Translations under genes and position numbers: made by a program
Notes under the pieces: model-generated
Database searches by the model: none
What the model was told of the DNA's origin: nothing
Seen by the model: the letters and a program-made list of their open reading frames with translations, nothing else
Source: a virus
DNA length: 64,000 nucleotides
Strand: one strand, 5' to 3'
IMG/VR virus record: IMGVR_UViG_3300008116_000027
Coordinates: 1-64,000 of that record
Part shown: piece after piece, positions 26,526-36,387 of the stretch
Numbering within the stretch: position 1 is the stretch's first letter
Layout: every line of letters begins with the position of its first letter

Positions 26526-29000
26526 ATGTCAACAGTAAGAATTCAAGTAAGACGAGGTACTGCATCAGAATGGACCTCAGTAAATCCTACACTAGCTGCA
26601 GGAGAACTAGGTGTTGAAACAGACACTAGAAAAATTAAAATTGGAACTGGAAGCACTGCTTGGACTAGCCTTTCTTACATAGCAGCAGACTCACCAGCAA
26701 TTACAGAAATTGCACAAGACGCAATTGATCAAGCTCTTTCTATGGGCTCAGGTCTTACAAAGTCTTATAACGATAACACAAATACAATTTCCCTTGGCAT
26801 CGACGACTCAATTGTCGCACTTAAATCTTATGTTGACAGCCAGGTAGGTGGGTTACAAAATACAGTAACTTCAGACTATGTATTATTAGCAGATGTTGGA
26901 AATGCAGGTGGACCTGCAAAATTAGATGCTGACGGAAACTTGCTTGTTCCAAAATCAAGCATTATTATAGAAGGATCATCAGCAGATGCTCATGAAACCA
27001 CACTAACAGTATCAAATCCAACATCAGATAGAACAATCACACTTCCAGACTCATCTGGTACAGTAGCACTAACATCAGACCTTGCACCATATGCAACAAC
27101 ACAAGCATTAAATTCCGTAGTATCTTCATTGAATATTCATCAAGCAGTAAATGTTGCAACAACAGAACCGTTAGTAGCAACTTATGCTGCTGGTTCCGCT
27201 GATAACGGCAATGGAACTGGAATTGGTGCAACATTAACAATGAACTCAAATGGCACTCTAACAATAGATGGCTTACAAGCAGAAAATGGATTTAGAATAT
27301 TAGTAAAAGATCAAGCAAACTTAGTTCATAATGGTATTTATGAAGTAACAATTGCAGGATCAGCTGGAGCACCAGCCGTTTTAACTAGATCTGCAGACTA
27401 CAATAACTCAGATGTAAACACACCTCTTGATGTTGCTAAAGGCGATGTCGTTTTTGTAACAGATGGAACAGAAAATGGATATAAACAATTTTCTCAAATA
27501 TACGCAGGAACTAACGCAGACGGCTCAGTAAAAATTGGATCTGAAAATATTGACTTTACTCAAATTTCAGGAGCAGCAACAATTATAGCTGGAAATGGTA
27601 TAACTAAATCAGGAAACACAATTAGTGTTGATGCTCAAGAATTTTTAGCAACATCTACCGCATCAAGTACATATTTAACTCAAGCAGATGCAGCAAATGA
27701 CTATTTGTCACAAACAGATGCTGGGGCTACTTATTTAACTCAAGCAGATGCAGCTTTAACATATTTAAATCAAACAGACGCAAGTACGACATACCTGTCA
27801 CAAGCAGATGCAGGTACAACATACTTGTCTCAAGCAGATGCTGCAACAGATTATTTTGCTGTTACAACAGATCAAATTGAAAATGCCAATATTAAAATTG
27901 GCGCAGGAATTGCAGCAGATAAAATATCAGGAAACGCTGTAACACAAGCAGATACAGGAACTGTAACCAATACAATGCTTGCAGGATCCATTGATAATAA
28001 CAAATTATCAAACTCTACAATTTCAGGCATATCGCTTGGATCTAATTTAGAAACATTAACAATTGGAACTGGTTTAAGTGGTACATCTTACAACGGTGGA
28101 TCAGCAGTAACAATTGCAATTGATTCAACAGTTGCTACAGAGTCTTACGCAGACACCGCAGCATCAAATGCTCAAGGAGCAGCAGAAGATTACGCTGACG
28201 GACTTGCAGCAAATTACGAAGTTGCAGGAGCTGTTTCAACACACTCATCTGATACAACAAACGTACACGGAATTACAGATACAGCCCAAATTGCTCTTCT
28301 AGATGCTGCTACACAGCAATTTACAGGAGACATGGGAATTACTGGAGACTTAATTGTTGACGGTGACGTAACTGTTAATGGCGGAAGCTTTACAGCAAGC
28401 GCTACATCTATAACAATTGAAGATAATCTAGTTCAGCTTGCTCATCAAAACGCAGCAAATACCGTAGACTTAGGTCTTGTTGTAGCGTACAATGACGGCG
28501 CAGCAAAACACTCTGGTATAGTAAGAGATGTTTCTGCTAATAAATGGAAACTATTTAAAGGCGTAACAACAGAGCCTGCTACAACAGTAGACTTTACAGA
28601 AGGATCACTTGATGACCTTGAGTTAAATGAAATTAAAACAGCTGGAGTAGTATTCTCAGACGGCACACAGACCAAAGAGGGTGTTCCTTCAAGAACTCCA
28701 ATTATTTCAAAGACTGCAGACTATACATTGTCTGCGCTAACCGAGAGAGATTCATTAATTGAAGTTGACTCTTCTTCAGCAGTAACAATTACAATTCCAA
28801 CCAACTCAGCAGTTGCTTATCCAATTGGAACAACTCTAGATATTCTTGGAGTTAACACAGGACTAATCACAATCGCAGGAGATACTGGTGTAACAGTAAA
28901 TGCTACCCCAGGATTAAAGTTACGTACACAATGGTCATCCGCAACATTACTCAAGAGAGCAGAAAATTCTTGGGTAGTTTACGGCGACTTGAAATCATAA
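26526..29000 (+). CDS. long tail fibre with Mtd_N-like N-terminus and C-terminal adaptor-like domain
   Basis: RIQVRRGTASEW..NPTLAAGELGVETDT..KIG; RILVKDQ....NGIY; C-terminal LRTQWSSATLLKR...W...GDL. Confidence 0.8.
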   Translation: MSTVRIQVRRGTASEWTSVNPTLAAGELGVETDTRKIKIGTGSTAWTSLSYIAADSPAITEIAQDAIDQALSMGSGLTKSYNDNTNTISLGIDDSIVALKSYVDSQVGGLQNTVTSDYVLLADVGNAGGPAKLDADGNLLVPKSSIIIEGSSADAHETTLTVSNPTSDRTITLPDSSGTVALTSDLAPYATTQALNSVVSSLNIHQAVNVATTEPLVATYAAGSADNGNGTGIGATLTMNSNGTLTIDGLQAENGFRILVKDQANLVHNGIYEVTIAGSAGAPAVLTRSADYNNSDVNTPLDVAKGDVVFVTDGTENGYKQFSQIYAGTNADGSVKIGSENIDFTQISGAATIIAGNGITKSGNTISVDAQEFLATSTASSTYLTQADAANDYLSQTDAGATYLTQADAALTYLNQTDASTTYLSQADAGTTYLSQADAATDYFAVTTDQIENANIKIGAGIAADKISGNAVTQADTGTVTNTMLAGSIDNNKLSNSTISGISLGSNLETLTIGTGLSGTSYNGGSAVTIAIDSTVATESYADTAASNAQGAAEDYADGLAANYEVAGAVSTHSSDTTNVHGITDTAQIALLDAATQQFTGDMGITGDLIVDGDVTVNGGSFTASATSITIEDNLVQLAHQNAANTVDLGLVVAYNDGAAKHSGIVRDVSANKWKLFKGVTTEPATTVDFTEGSLDDLELNEIKTAGVVFSDGTQTKEGVPSRTPIISKTADYTLSALTERDSLIEVDSSSAVTITIPTNSAVAYPIGTTLDILGVNTGLITIAGDTGVTVNATPGLKLRTQWSSATLLKRAENSWVVYGDLKS
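27669..27857 (+). repeat. ~6 x 30-nt (10-aa, xYLxQxDAxx) coding repeat
   Basis: TYLTQADAAN DYLSQTDAGA TYLTQADAAL TYLNQTDAST TYLSQADAGT TYLSQADAAT. Confidence 0.85.
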
Positions 29001-29012
29001 GGAGAATTATAA

Positions 29013-30350
29013 ATGAGTAAGAGATCTGGTAGAAAATCCCAAGCAGCAAATGACTTTTTAGAGCCAAAACCTGTAGAAAATTTAGTAGCTACAGATGTAG
29101 GAACTTCTAGAGCATACAATGACGGAGCAGTAAATCTATCATGGGAGTTACCTGCAGGATCACCTCCAGCAACCTCTTACTCAATTACAACAACCCCAGC
29201 ATCAACAACACAAACTACATCTAATACCTCTTTTACATTTACTGGGCTATCATCAGATACAGCCTATACATTTTCAATAACTGGAAGCAATGCTGCAGGA
29301 ACTTCTGCTGCTACAACTTCTAGTTCTGTAACAGCAACTACGGTTCCTCAATCTCCACAATCAGTTTCAGCAGCTTCTCCAAACGCAAACGAAGATGTTG
29401 TTTCATGGTCAGCAGGTGCTTCTGGTGGTAAAACAATTACTAGTTATACCGTAATATCTTCAGATGGACCATCATACACAAATTCAACTTCACCAAAAAC
29501 TATTTCAGAAACAGCTGGAACTTCACAATCTTATACAGTTTATGCAATTAACGATAATGGAACATCAGTAGGAGCAACTACTGGTTCTGTTACTACAACA
29601 GCACCGTTCTTCCCACCGTTCTTCCCATATTTCCCACCGTTCTTCCCATATTTCCCACCGTTCTTCCCATTCTTCCCGTTCTTCCCACCATATTTCCCAC
29701 CATTCTTCCCATTCTTCCCGTTCTTCCCACCATATTTCCCACCGTTCTTCCCATATTTCCCACCGTTCTTCCCATTCTTCCCGTTCTTCCCACCGTTCTT
29801 CCCACCGTTCTTTCCACCAAGATTCGGTCCATATTTCCCAGCGTGTGTTGACGGAGATACTTTAATCTTAACTAGCGAAGGTCCAAAACCTGCTAGAGAG
29901 ATAAAAGTAGGAGATAAACTACTAACAGTTGATGCTTTAGGGTTAGCCGATCAACCTAACAAAACACCTCTTGAAATTAATGTTCAAGATTTGATGATAA
30001 GTAACATGGTACACACAGAAGTTACAAATGTTATAGTCTCAGACAAACAGGACAGAGTTTACTTCAATGGAAACAAAGAAGTTCAGTTTACAGAAACTCA
30101 TCCAATATTCGTAAAACGAAATAACGAATATCGTGTAGTCGAAGCAGGACTAGTACAACAAGGAGATGTTTTAATAAATATCTCAGTAGATAACTTATCT
30201 GAAACTTTAGATATGACCAAGGTAATATCAGAAGTTGAAGTGTCTAAGGTAGATAAAATAACTTTAGATTTAGCAAAAGATGTGTACACATTTAGCTGCG
30301 ATCCACATAATTGGTACTTCGCAGGAGATATATTAACACACAATAAGTAA
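29013..30350 (+). CDS. 2xFN3 + poly(Pro/Phe/Tyr) tract + C-terminal Hint domain protein
   Basis: FN3 motifs (LSW..P, TGL...TAYTF); P/F/Y tract at aa ~198-276; Hint from C278 (CVDGDT, TETHP, VY...THNK-stop). Confidence 0.88.
   Translation: MSKRSGRKSQAANDFLEPKPVENLVATDVGTSRAYNDGAVNLSWELPAGSPPATSYSITTTPASTTQTTSNTSFTFTGLSSDTAYTFSITGSNAAGTSAATTSSSVTATTVPQSPQSVSAASPNANEDVVSWSAGASGGKTITSYTVISSDGPSYTNSTSPKTISETAGTSQSYTVYAINDNGTSVGATTGSVTTTAPFFPPFFPYFPPFFPYFPPFFPFFPFFPPYFPPFFPFFPFFPPYFPPFFPYFPPFFPFFPFFPPFFPPFFPPRFGPYFPACVDGDTLILTSEGPKPAREIKVGDKLLTVDALGLADQPNKTPLEINVQDLMISNMVHTEVTNVIVSDKQDRVYFNGNKEVQFTETHPIFVKRNNEYRVVEAGLVQQGDVLINISVDNLSETLDMTKVISEVEVSKVDKITLDLAKDVYTFSCDPHNWYFAGDILTHNK
29604..29840 (+). 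repeat. PFFP/PYFP low-complexity coding repeat
   Basis: Mosaic of TTCCCACCGTTC and TTCCCATAT units encoding ~79 aa almost entirely P, F and Y. Confidence 0.95.
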
Positions 30351-30362
30351 AATAATAATCAC

Positions 30363-30388
30363 CTAAAGCCCCCAAACGGGGGCTTTAG
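30363..30388 (+). terminator. intrinsic terminator
   Basis: CTAAAGCCCCC-AAAC-GGGGGCTTTAG. Confidence 0.75.
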
Positions 30389-30393
30389 TATTC

Positions 30394-30422
30394 TTGACAG
30401 TTAATTATATATTATATATAAT
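30394..30422 (+). promoter_or_regulatory. consensus sigma70/SigA promoter for the oxygenase operon
   Basis: TTGACA-17 nt-TATAAT. Confidence 0.8.
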
Positions 30423-30446
30423 GTATACATAGTAGAAAGATAAAAT

Positions 30447-31166
30447 ATGCAAGATATTTATGATATAAACGATAATCCATGGTTTACAAAAGATAGATCA
30501 GAATCAACTTCTTTTAGGGTAAATAGATCTTTTGGTAATATTAAAGTTTTAAATCCAGGTATTGGATTAAATATTTATGAATCAGCTATTCCAAGCAGTG
30601 TTTGCGAAACATCAATTAAAACATTAGAAGATAAGCTAACAAATGGCAACATGTATAAATGGTCAGAAGCACAAGTTACGACCTCAGACAAACCAGTAAA
30701 ATCTGCAAGAGATTGCGTAGATTTTAAATTTAAACCAGAAAATCTTGGAAAAAGAAATGAAAATAATGCAGAACTTCTAGATATGCATGAATCCATTTAT
30801 AATGTATTAAAAAAATGCGTAGATGATTATTGTCAATATTGGGGAATTAATGTTGTATATTATGAAGCTTTTAATTTTGTGAAATACACCAGCCCAGGAC
30901 AACATTTTAGAGTTCATGCTGATCATGGTCCACACTATAATTGTACAGTTTCAGCTGTAATATATTTAAATGATGATTACGAGGGCGGGGAGATAGCATT
31001 TCCAAGATTAGATAAATTAGTATATAAACCAAAACGTGGTGACGTAGTAATTTTTCCATCAAACTATATATACGAACATTCTTCAGAACCAATGATTTCT
31101 GGAGATAAATACTCTGTTGTAATTATGATGGATATTAACCTATTAGGACATAAGGAGAACAATTAA
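30447..31166 (+). CDS. 2OG-Fe(II) oxygenase (prolyl 4-hydroxylase-like)
   Basis: HADHG, YLNDDYEGGEI.F, GDVVIFPSNYIYEH and SGDKYS. Confidence 0.92.
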   Translation: MQDIYDINDNPWFTKDRSESTSFRVNRSFGNIKVLNPGIGLNIYESAIPSSVCETSIKTLEDKLTNGNMYKWSEAQVTTSDKPVKSARDCVDFKFKPENLGKRNENNAELLDMHESIYNVLKKCVDDYCQYWGINVVYYEAFNFVKYTSPGQHFRVHADHGPHYNCTVSAVIYLNDDYEGGEIAFPRLDKLVYKPKRGDVVIFPSNYIYEHSSEPMISGDKYSVVIMMDINLLGHKENN

Positions 31167-31822
31167 TGAATAAACAAACTTGGTCAAGCGCAGAAGACTT
31201 AGGATCAGGAATTTGGGTATATAGAGATGTTTTAACAAAAGATTTAGATATTATTAATAGGCTAGAAACAAATTTAGATGGAAGCACTCCAGGTTGGACT
31301 TGGCAGCCAGCTTATGTTGGATATCAAGAAAGAATGCCAGAATATAGAGACTGCGTAGACTTTAAATTTAAAAAATCAGATATAGCAAATGATAAGTCTC
31401 CTATATCATTAAAAATGCAAGAATTGTGGCAAGACTGCTATGATAGGCAAGCACCAGCAGTAGAAGATTATTGTCAAAAACATAATATACATAAACTTCA
31501 ATATTGGGAAGCTTTTAATTTTATTAAATATGTTCCTGGACATCACTTCATGGAGCACCATGATCATGGATTTTCATATAATTGCACTGTATCTTTAGTT
31601 GGCTATATTAACGATGATTACGAGGGCGGAGAATTATATTTCAGATTACAAAATTTAAATATTAAACCAAAAGCTGGAGATTTATATATTTTCCCTTCAA
31701 CATATATGTATCCTCATCAAGCAAAAGTAGTTAAGTCTGGAACAAAATATTCATTAGTTACAATGTTAGATTATAGCGCAAAATTTCATACTCCAGCAAT
31801 GTACGAAGATACTGGTAATTAG
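31166..31822 (+). CDS. 2OG-Fe(II) oxygenase (prolyl 4-hydroxylase-like)
   Basis: HHDHG, YINDDYEGGELYF, IFPSTYMYPH and SGTKYS. Confidence 0.92.
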   Translation: MNKQTWSSAEDLGSGIWVYRDVLTKDLDIINRLETNLDGSTPGWTWQPAYVGYQERMPEYRDCVDFKFKKSDIANDKSPISLKMQELWQDCYDRQAPAVEDYCQKHNIHKLQYWEAFNFIKYVPGHHFMEHHDHGFSYNCTVSLVGYINDDYEGGELYFRLQNLNIKPKAGDLYIFPSTYMYPHQAKVVKSGTKYSLVTMLDYSAKFHTPAMYEDTGN

Positions 31823-32541
31823 TGTCTATATTAAAGGCATATAAAAGACATCCAAATTCTTTTATAATTGAACCTATTTCAGTAAAAAGACAATGGATGG
31901 ACGAAACTCCAGACGGTCATGCGTATAGGTGTTTTCCAGTAACAATGGCAAATACAATAGGTTGGACATTATCGTGTCCAGTGGACGTATCATTTATATG
32001 GGATGGGCAAATAGACACAACGCCAGATAGAGTTAAAATTTTATCTGGTCAAGAATATTGTTACACTGGAAGAGGCCAAGGTTCAGTAAGTTTTAATACA
32101 GGTCTTATTCTAAAATCAGAAAAACATATAAGTGTATTAAGTATTACTCCACAAAATTATTTTTATGAAGATTTTGAAGTAATGTCATCATTAATAAGTA
32201 CATCTTTTTTTAATGTTGATTTTCCATTAGCAATTAAAGTTAAAATTCCAAATAAAGAAATTATTATAAAAGCTGGCACTCCCATTGCTACAATTATTCC
32301 GATTTCTCTTACATCATTAAAAGATGAATCTATAGAAATAGAAAATTTTATAAAGCCAGAAGATTATGATGCTAAATTAAAAAGTTATGGAGATGCTGCT
32401 CAAGTAATAAATCAATCTGGACAGTGGACAGATTGGTATAGAGATGCTATTGATGAAACTGGCACATCTATTGGAGAGCATGAAACTAAAGCTTTAAAAT
32501 TAAAAGTAATAGATAATACAACAAAGGAAAATAACAATTAA
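31822..32541 (+). CDS. DUF6065-like protein
   Basis: RQWMD.T...HAYRCFP..MAN..GW and KAGTPIA.IIP motifs. Confidence 0.7.
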   Translation: MSILKAYKRHPNSFIIEPISVKRQWMDETPDGHAYRCFPVTMANTIGWTLSCPVDVSFIWDGQIDTTPDRVKILSGQEYCYTGRGQGSVSFNTGLILKSEKHISVLSITPQNYFYEDFEVMSSLISTSFFNVDFPLAIKVKIPNKEIIIKAGTPIATIIPISLTSLKDESIEIENFIKPEDYDAKLKSYGDAAQVINQSGQWTDWYRDAIDETGTSIGEHETKALKLKVIDNTTKENNN

Positions 32542-33262
32542 TATAATTAAATTTGTATCAAATAGGCCTTGGTTAAATAAAGAAAGTATTTCTAAGCCAA
32601 CAGCAGCCATAAAAGAAATACCAGAATGGTTTAGAAAGGCAGATAGATTTGCAGTTAATCCAATTACTAAAGATTATTGGAAAGGGCCAGACGGAGGCAA
32701 AGTTCCTACATGGAAGGCTTGCCCAGCTATATTTGATATATTAGGCACTGGCTATGTTCTTAAAACACCATGCGACATTAAATTTTATTTAAAAAATAAT
32801 AAAATGTCTGTTGAAATAAAAGAAGATAGGTATAAAGATTTTTGTTCTCAAAGAGACCCTATGCCACAATTTGTTCATCCAAAAGGTTACCATAAAGAAC
32901 ATTTTGCATGGTACCCAGACTGGGCAATTGAGTTGCCAGAAGGATACAGTGCTTTATACACAACCCCATTTAATAGGTTTGATTTACCATTTTTAATGAC
33001 TACTGGAATTGTAGATAATGATAAAATTAATTTACCAGGAACAATGCCATTTTTTATAATTAGAGGATTTGAAGGAGTGCTACCAGCAGGAACTCCATAT
33101 GCTCAAATAATTCCATTTAAAAGAGAAGATTGGTCATCAGAAATATTTATAGAAAATCCAAATAATTTATACAAAAAGAATCAAAAAAATAGTGATAAAT
33201 ATAGAGTAAAAGATGGTGGAGTCTATAAAAATGAAGTTTGGTCTAAAAGAACATATGAATAG
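32537..33262 (+). CDS. DUF6065-related protein with probable non-canonical ATT start
   Basis: Frame open from 32513; IPEWF, TWKACPA..D...GY..TPCD upstream of the track's ATG; TPFNR..LPF...GIVD.D and GTP.AQIIPFKREDW. Confidence 0.7.
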   Translation: MNIIKFVSNRPWLNKESISKPTAAIKEIPEWFRKADRFAVNPITKDYWKGPDGGKVPTWKACPAIFDILGTGYVLKTPCDIKFYLKNNKMSVEIKEDRYKDFCSQRDPMPQFVHPKGYHKEHFAWYPDWAIELPEGYSALYTTPFNRFDLPFLMTTGIVDNDKINLPGTMPFFIIRGFEGVLPAGTPYAQIIPFKREDWSSEIFIENPNNLYKKNQKNSDKYRVKDGGVYKNEVWSKRTYE

Positions 33263-33279
33263 AATGATATAATAAATAT

Positions 33280-33951
33280 ATGGACAATAATTTAGCAAAT
33301 GGTGCAGCAAATTGGGATAACCGTGTTTCAATAACACCACCTGGATTTTTTGGCAACAGTCCAGAGCATATTCAGGCAAGAGAAAATTTTATGACTGAAG
33401 AAGAGAGATTATTCTTATTAGAATCAGCTAAATCAATTAATGAGTGGGATAGAACCGAAACTCATTATAATGATGACGGAATTGTAATTTATGACTCTTC
33501 TTATTGGGATAACCGTGTTGCATCAAGACCAATTCTTGATAAAATAAATCCAGAGATATCTGTTGTAATTGAAAAACTTGTTGAAAGATTAAAAGTTGAA
33601 GTTGATAATCATTTTAATGTTGATGCTAAACCTACAAGTCCAGCAATTGTTAGATGGATGAAAGGATATAGACAAGAGCCACATGCAGACAAACAGTTGC
33701 AAAATGGAGAGCCAAATGATTTTCCTTGGTATGATCTTGCTGGATTATTTTATTTAAATGATGACTACGAAGGCGGAGAACTTTATTTTATGCATCATGA
33801 TGTACAATTTAAACCAAAACCTGGAGCAGCATATTTCTTCCCAGGAGATGTAGGATACAGTCACGGAGTAAAAGAAATAACAAATGGAATTAGATATGTT
33901 ATTCCATTTTTTTGGACAATTTTAAAACATACTGGTGATAAGCAGCCATGA
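33280..33951 (+). CDS. 2OG-Fe(II) oxygenase
   Basis: HAD, YLNDDYEGGELYF, FFPGD..YSHGV and GIRY. Confidence 0.92.
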   Translation: MDNNLANGAANWDNRVSITPPGFFGNSPEHIQARENFMTEEERLFLLESAKSINEWDRTETHYNDDGIVIYDSSYWDNRVASRPILDKINPEISVVIEKLVERLKVEVDNHFNVDAKPTSPAIVRWMKGYRQEPHADKQLQNGEPNDFPWYDLAGLFYLNDDYEGGELYFMHHDVQFKPKPGAAYFFPGDVGYSHGVKEITNGIRYVIPFFWTILKHTGDKQP

Positions 33952-34742
33952 CAGTAGATTACACAGAAATATATCCTAAAATATATGTATACCACAATTC
34001 AATAAAAGATCCTAATTTTTTTTTAAAGCAGTCTTTAAATCAATATAAAATTGGTTGGAAGGATTGGTCATTTTTTGGAAGATATATAGGAATTGGCGGG
34101 AAAACAGCTAAATATAAAAAATTTCCAACCTGGGAAGAATTTAAAGAGTCTATAGATTTACAAGAAAATCAACAACTAAGTTTAGAGTATATTGATAAGT
34201 TTTATCACAACACTAAACATTATATAGATAATAATTTAATTACTTTAAACGAATGGGCATACGAGTCTTCCTCTTTATGTGAATATGATATAGCAAAAGG
34301 ACATGACGGAGAATTCTCTATGGCCTATCACTCAGACTTTATTGTGCCAGAAAAAAATTGGCCAGGATTAAAATTTGAAATATCAGTAACAACTTATCTT
34401 AATGATGATTACGATGACGGTGAGTTGTGTTTTGCTATAGATAACGATTTATTTTCTTATAAACCTAAAGCTGGAGATATGATTATTTTTCCATCAAGAC
34501 CACCATATTTTCATGGAGTAAGAAAACATAAAAATAAAAATAGATATATGATTAGAGGATTTTGGCTATCTTCTTACGAAGGAAGTCTTGAATGGCATGA
34601 GGGATTGCTTAAATACGGTAAAGAAGAGTGGGAAAAAATGCAAAGAATCGAACTAGAAAAATATACCATAGAAAATATACCTTCTCCATCAGAATACGCA
34701 TCTTCTTATTCTAGAGATAATGAAAGATTAAATATAAAATGA
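33948..34742 (+). CDS. 2OG-Fe(II) oxygenase
   Basis: YHSD, YLNDDYDDGE, IFPSRPPYFHGV and RYMIR. Confidence 0.9.
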   Translation: MTVDYTEIYPKIYVYHNSIKDPNFFLKQSLNQYKIGWKDWSFFGRYIGIGGKTAKYKKFPTWEEFKESIDLQENQQLSLEYIDKFYHNTKHYIDNNLITLNEWAYESSSLCEYDIAKGHDGEFSMAYHSDFIVPEKNWPGLKFEISVTTYLNDDYDDGELCFAIDNDLFSYKPKAGDMIIFPSRPPYFHGVRKHKNKNRYMIRGFWLSSYEGSLEWHEGLLKYGKEEWEKMQRIELEKYTIENIPSPSEYASSYSRDNERLNIK

Positions 34743-35548
34743 AAAATTTAGAATTTATAACAATATATCCTGGAGTAAACGTATACAGAAATGTTTTTCA
34801 GGATGTAAATGATTTTTTAGAAAAAGCAAAAAAATGTGAAAAATGGGAGCAATGGTATACATTTGGATCAATGCTTGCTCTTCAAGAAATGCCAATTAAA
34901 TTTGATTCATTTCCAAATAAAGATGAGTATATGACATCAAGAAAATGGGACGACGGTACAGAAAATTCAAAAATAAGAGGACAGCTAGCAGAAGAAGTAG
35001 CAGAAATATTTTATGATGTAACAAGTCATTATATAAAAATGCATCCAGAGCATTCATTACAAAATTGGATAAAAAACCCCGCTTCTGTTAATAGATACAA
35101 TGATGGATCAAGTATATCTGATAACTATTCAATGAACTACCATACAGACTATAATCAAGAAATTGAAGATTCAAGTGGTATTAAATTTGGAATTACTACA
35201 ACATTTTATTTAAATGATGACTATAAAGATGGAGAAATTTGTTTTAAAATTAATGATCATTTTATTTCTCATAAACCACAAAAGGGAGACGTAATAGTAT
35301 TTCCATCTAAGCCACCATACTATCATGCAGTTAGAAAATCTAGTGGAACAGATAGATATATGATTAGATCATTTTGGCAATTTGAGTATGAAGGATCAAA
35401 AGAATGGCTAGAAAATCAAGAAAAATACGGCAAAGATGTTTGGGCGTCTATGGAAGAAAAAAGAATTAGCAAAGAAAGATTTATGTATCAAATTGAAGGA
35501 GAGTCTATGCATAAATTTTTTGGAAAAGATAATGGAATTAAACTATGA
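34739..35548 (+). CDS. 2OG-Fe(II) oxygenase
   Basis: YHTD, YLNDDYKDGE, VFPSKPPYYHAV and RYMIR. Confidence 0.9.
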   Translation: MKNLEFITIYPGVNVYRNVFQDVNDFLEKAKKCEKWEQWYTFGSMLALQEMPIKFDSFPNKDEYMTSRKWDDGTENSKIRGQLAEEVAEIFYDVTSHYIKMHPEHSLQNWIKNPASVNRYNDGSSISDNYSMNYHTDYNQEIEDSSGIKFGITTTFYLNDDYKDGEICFKINDHFISHKPQKGDVIVFPSKPPYYHAVRKSSGTDRYMIRSFWQFEYEGSKEWLENQEKYGKDVWASMEEKRISKERFMYQIEGESMHKFFGKDNGIKL

Positions 35549-36387
35549 GACAATGTACTTGTGGAAGATCTAATGCGTATCCATATTGTGATGGAACTCA
35601 TAAAAAGAAAAAGGAGCCAATAATGAAAGACGGCATGATAGATGTTTTAGATAAAAGTAAATTTATTGTTTTGCAAGACGAAGAAGTTCCAGAAAATAAA
35701 GCTGGTGTACTTGGAGTCTATACCAATAAAATTGTAGAAATACCCAACTTTATTGACCCAGCAATAGTTCCCAAGATGATTCATTTTTTTGAAAATTGTA
35801 ATGTTGAGTGGGGAGATATTGCGTTTTACGGATCTTCTGGAAAAGGTATTTTAACTGACTCTGAAACAATGAAAAAATTTGGATTGCCAGATGAATTTTT
35901 TGATAAGTTAAAAAATAAATATCAGGAAACAGTAGAACTGGTATTCGGCAGAGAAGTTAGAGCAAATACTTCTCATGCACAAAAATGGGATGTTGGAGGA
36001 TTTGCAAGCCCGCATTCAGATAATTCAGATAATGAAGGAAAACCTAATGCTTTTGAAATAAATAAGTATGTTGGAATTTTATACTTAAACGATGACTATG
36101 AGGGTGGGGAATTATATTTTTGCGATAAAGATAATGAGATGAATCCATATCTATCATTTAAACCAAATGTATATTCTTATTATGTATTTCCTGGAGGGTA
36201 TGAAAATATTCACGGAGTATCAGAAATTACTAAAGGAACAAGATACACTATGGTATCATTTTGGGATTTTGCAGATTTAGTATATGACGATGCTACTTTA
36301 GAAAAATGGAAAGAAGAAGAAAAGCAAGTTAGAATTGAACAGGCTGCACAAAAAGAAGAATGGCTAAAAGGAAATAAATATGCCTAA
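35545..36387 (+). CDS. CDGSH [2Fe-2S] motif fused to a 2OG-Fe(II) oxygenase
   Basis: CTCGRSNAYPYCDGTH; then HSD, YLNDDYEGGELYF, HGV and GTRY. Confidence 0.88.
   Translation: MRQCTCGRSNAYPYCDGTHKKKKEPIMKDGMIDVLDKSKFIVLQDEEVPENKAGVLGVYTNKIVEIPNFIDPAIVPKMIHFFENCNVEWGDIAFYGSSGKGILTDSETMKKFGLPDEFFDKLKNKYQETVELVFGREVRANTSHAQKWDVGGFASPHSDNSDNEGKPNAFEINKYVGILYLNDDYEGGELYFCDKDNEMNPYLSFKPNVYSYYVFPGGYENIHGVSEITKGTRYTMVSFWDFADLVYDDATLEKWKEEEKQVRIEQAAQKEEWLKGNKYA

Noticed and set aside
29593-29832. Minus-strand ORF with MGRTVG repeats (also 38222-38497 and the alternative-frame ORF 38306-38503)
   Set aside because: Shadows of the PFFP coding repeat; no RBS or promoter, and they lie inside well-supported genes
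29844-30350. Canonical mobile intein
   Set aside because: No C-extein nucleophile, no homing endonuclease, and located at the protein C-terminus rather than inside a conserved enzyme
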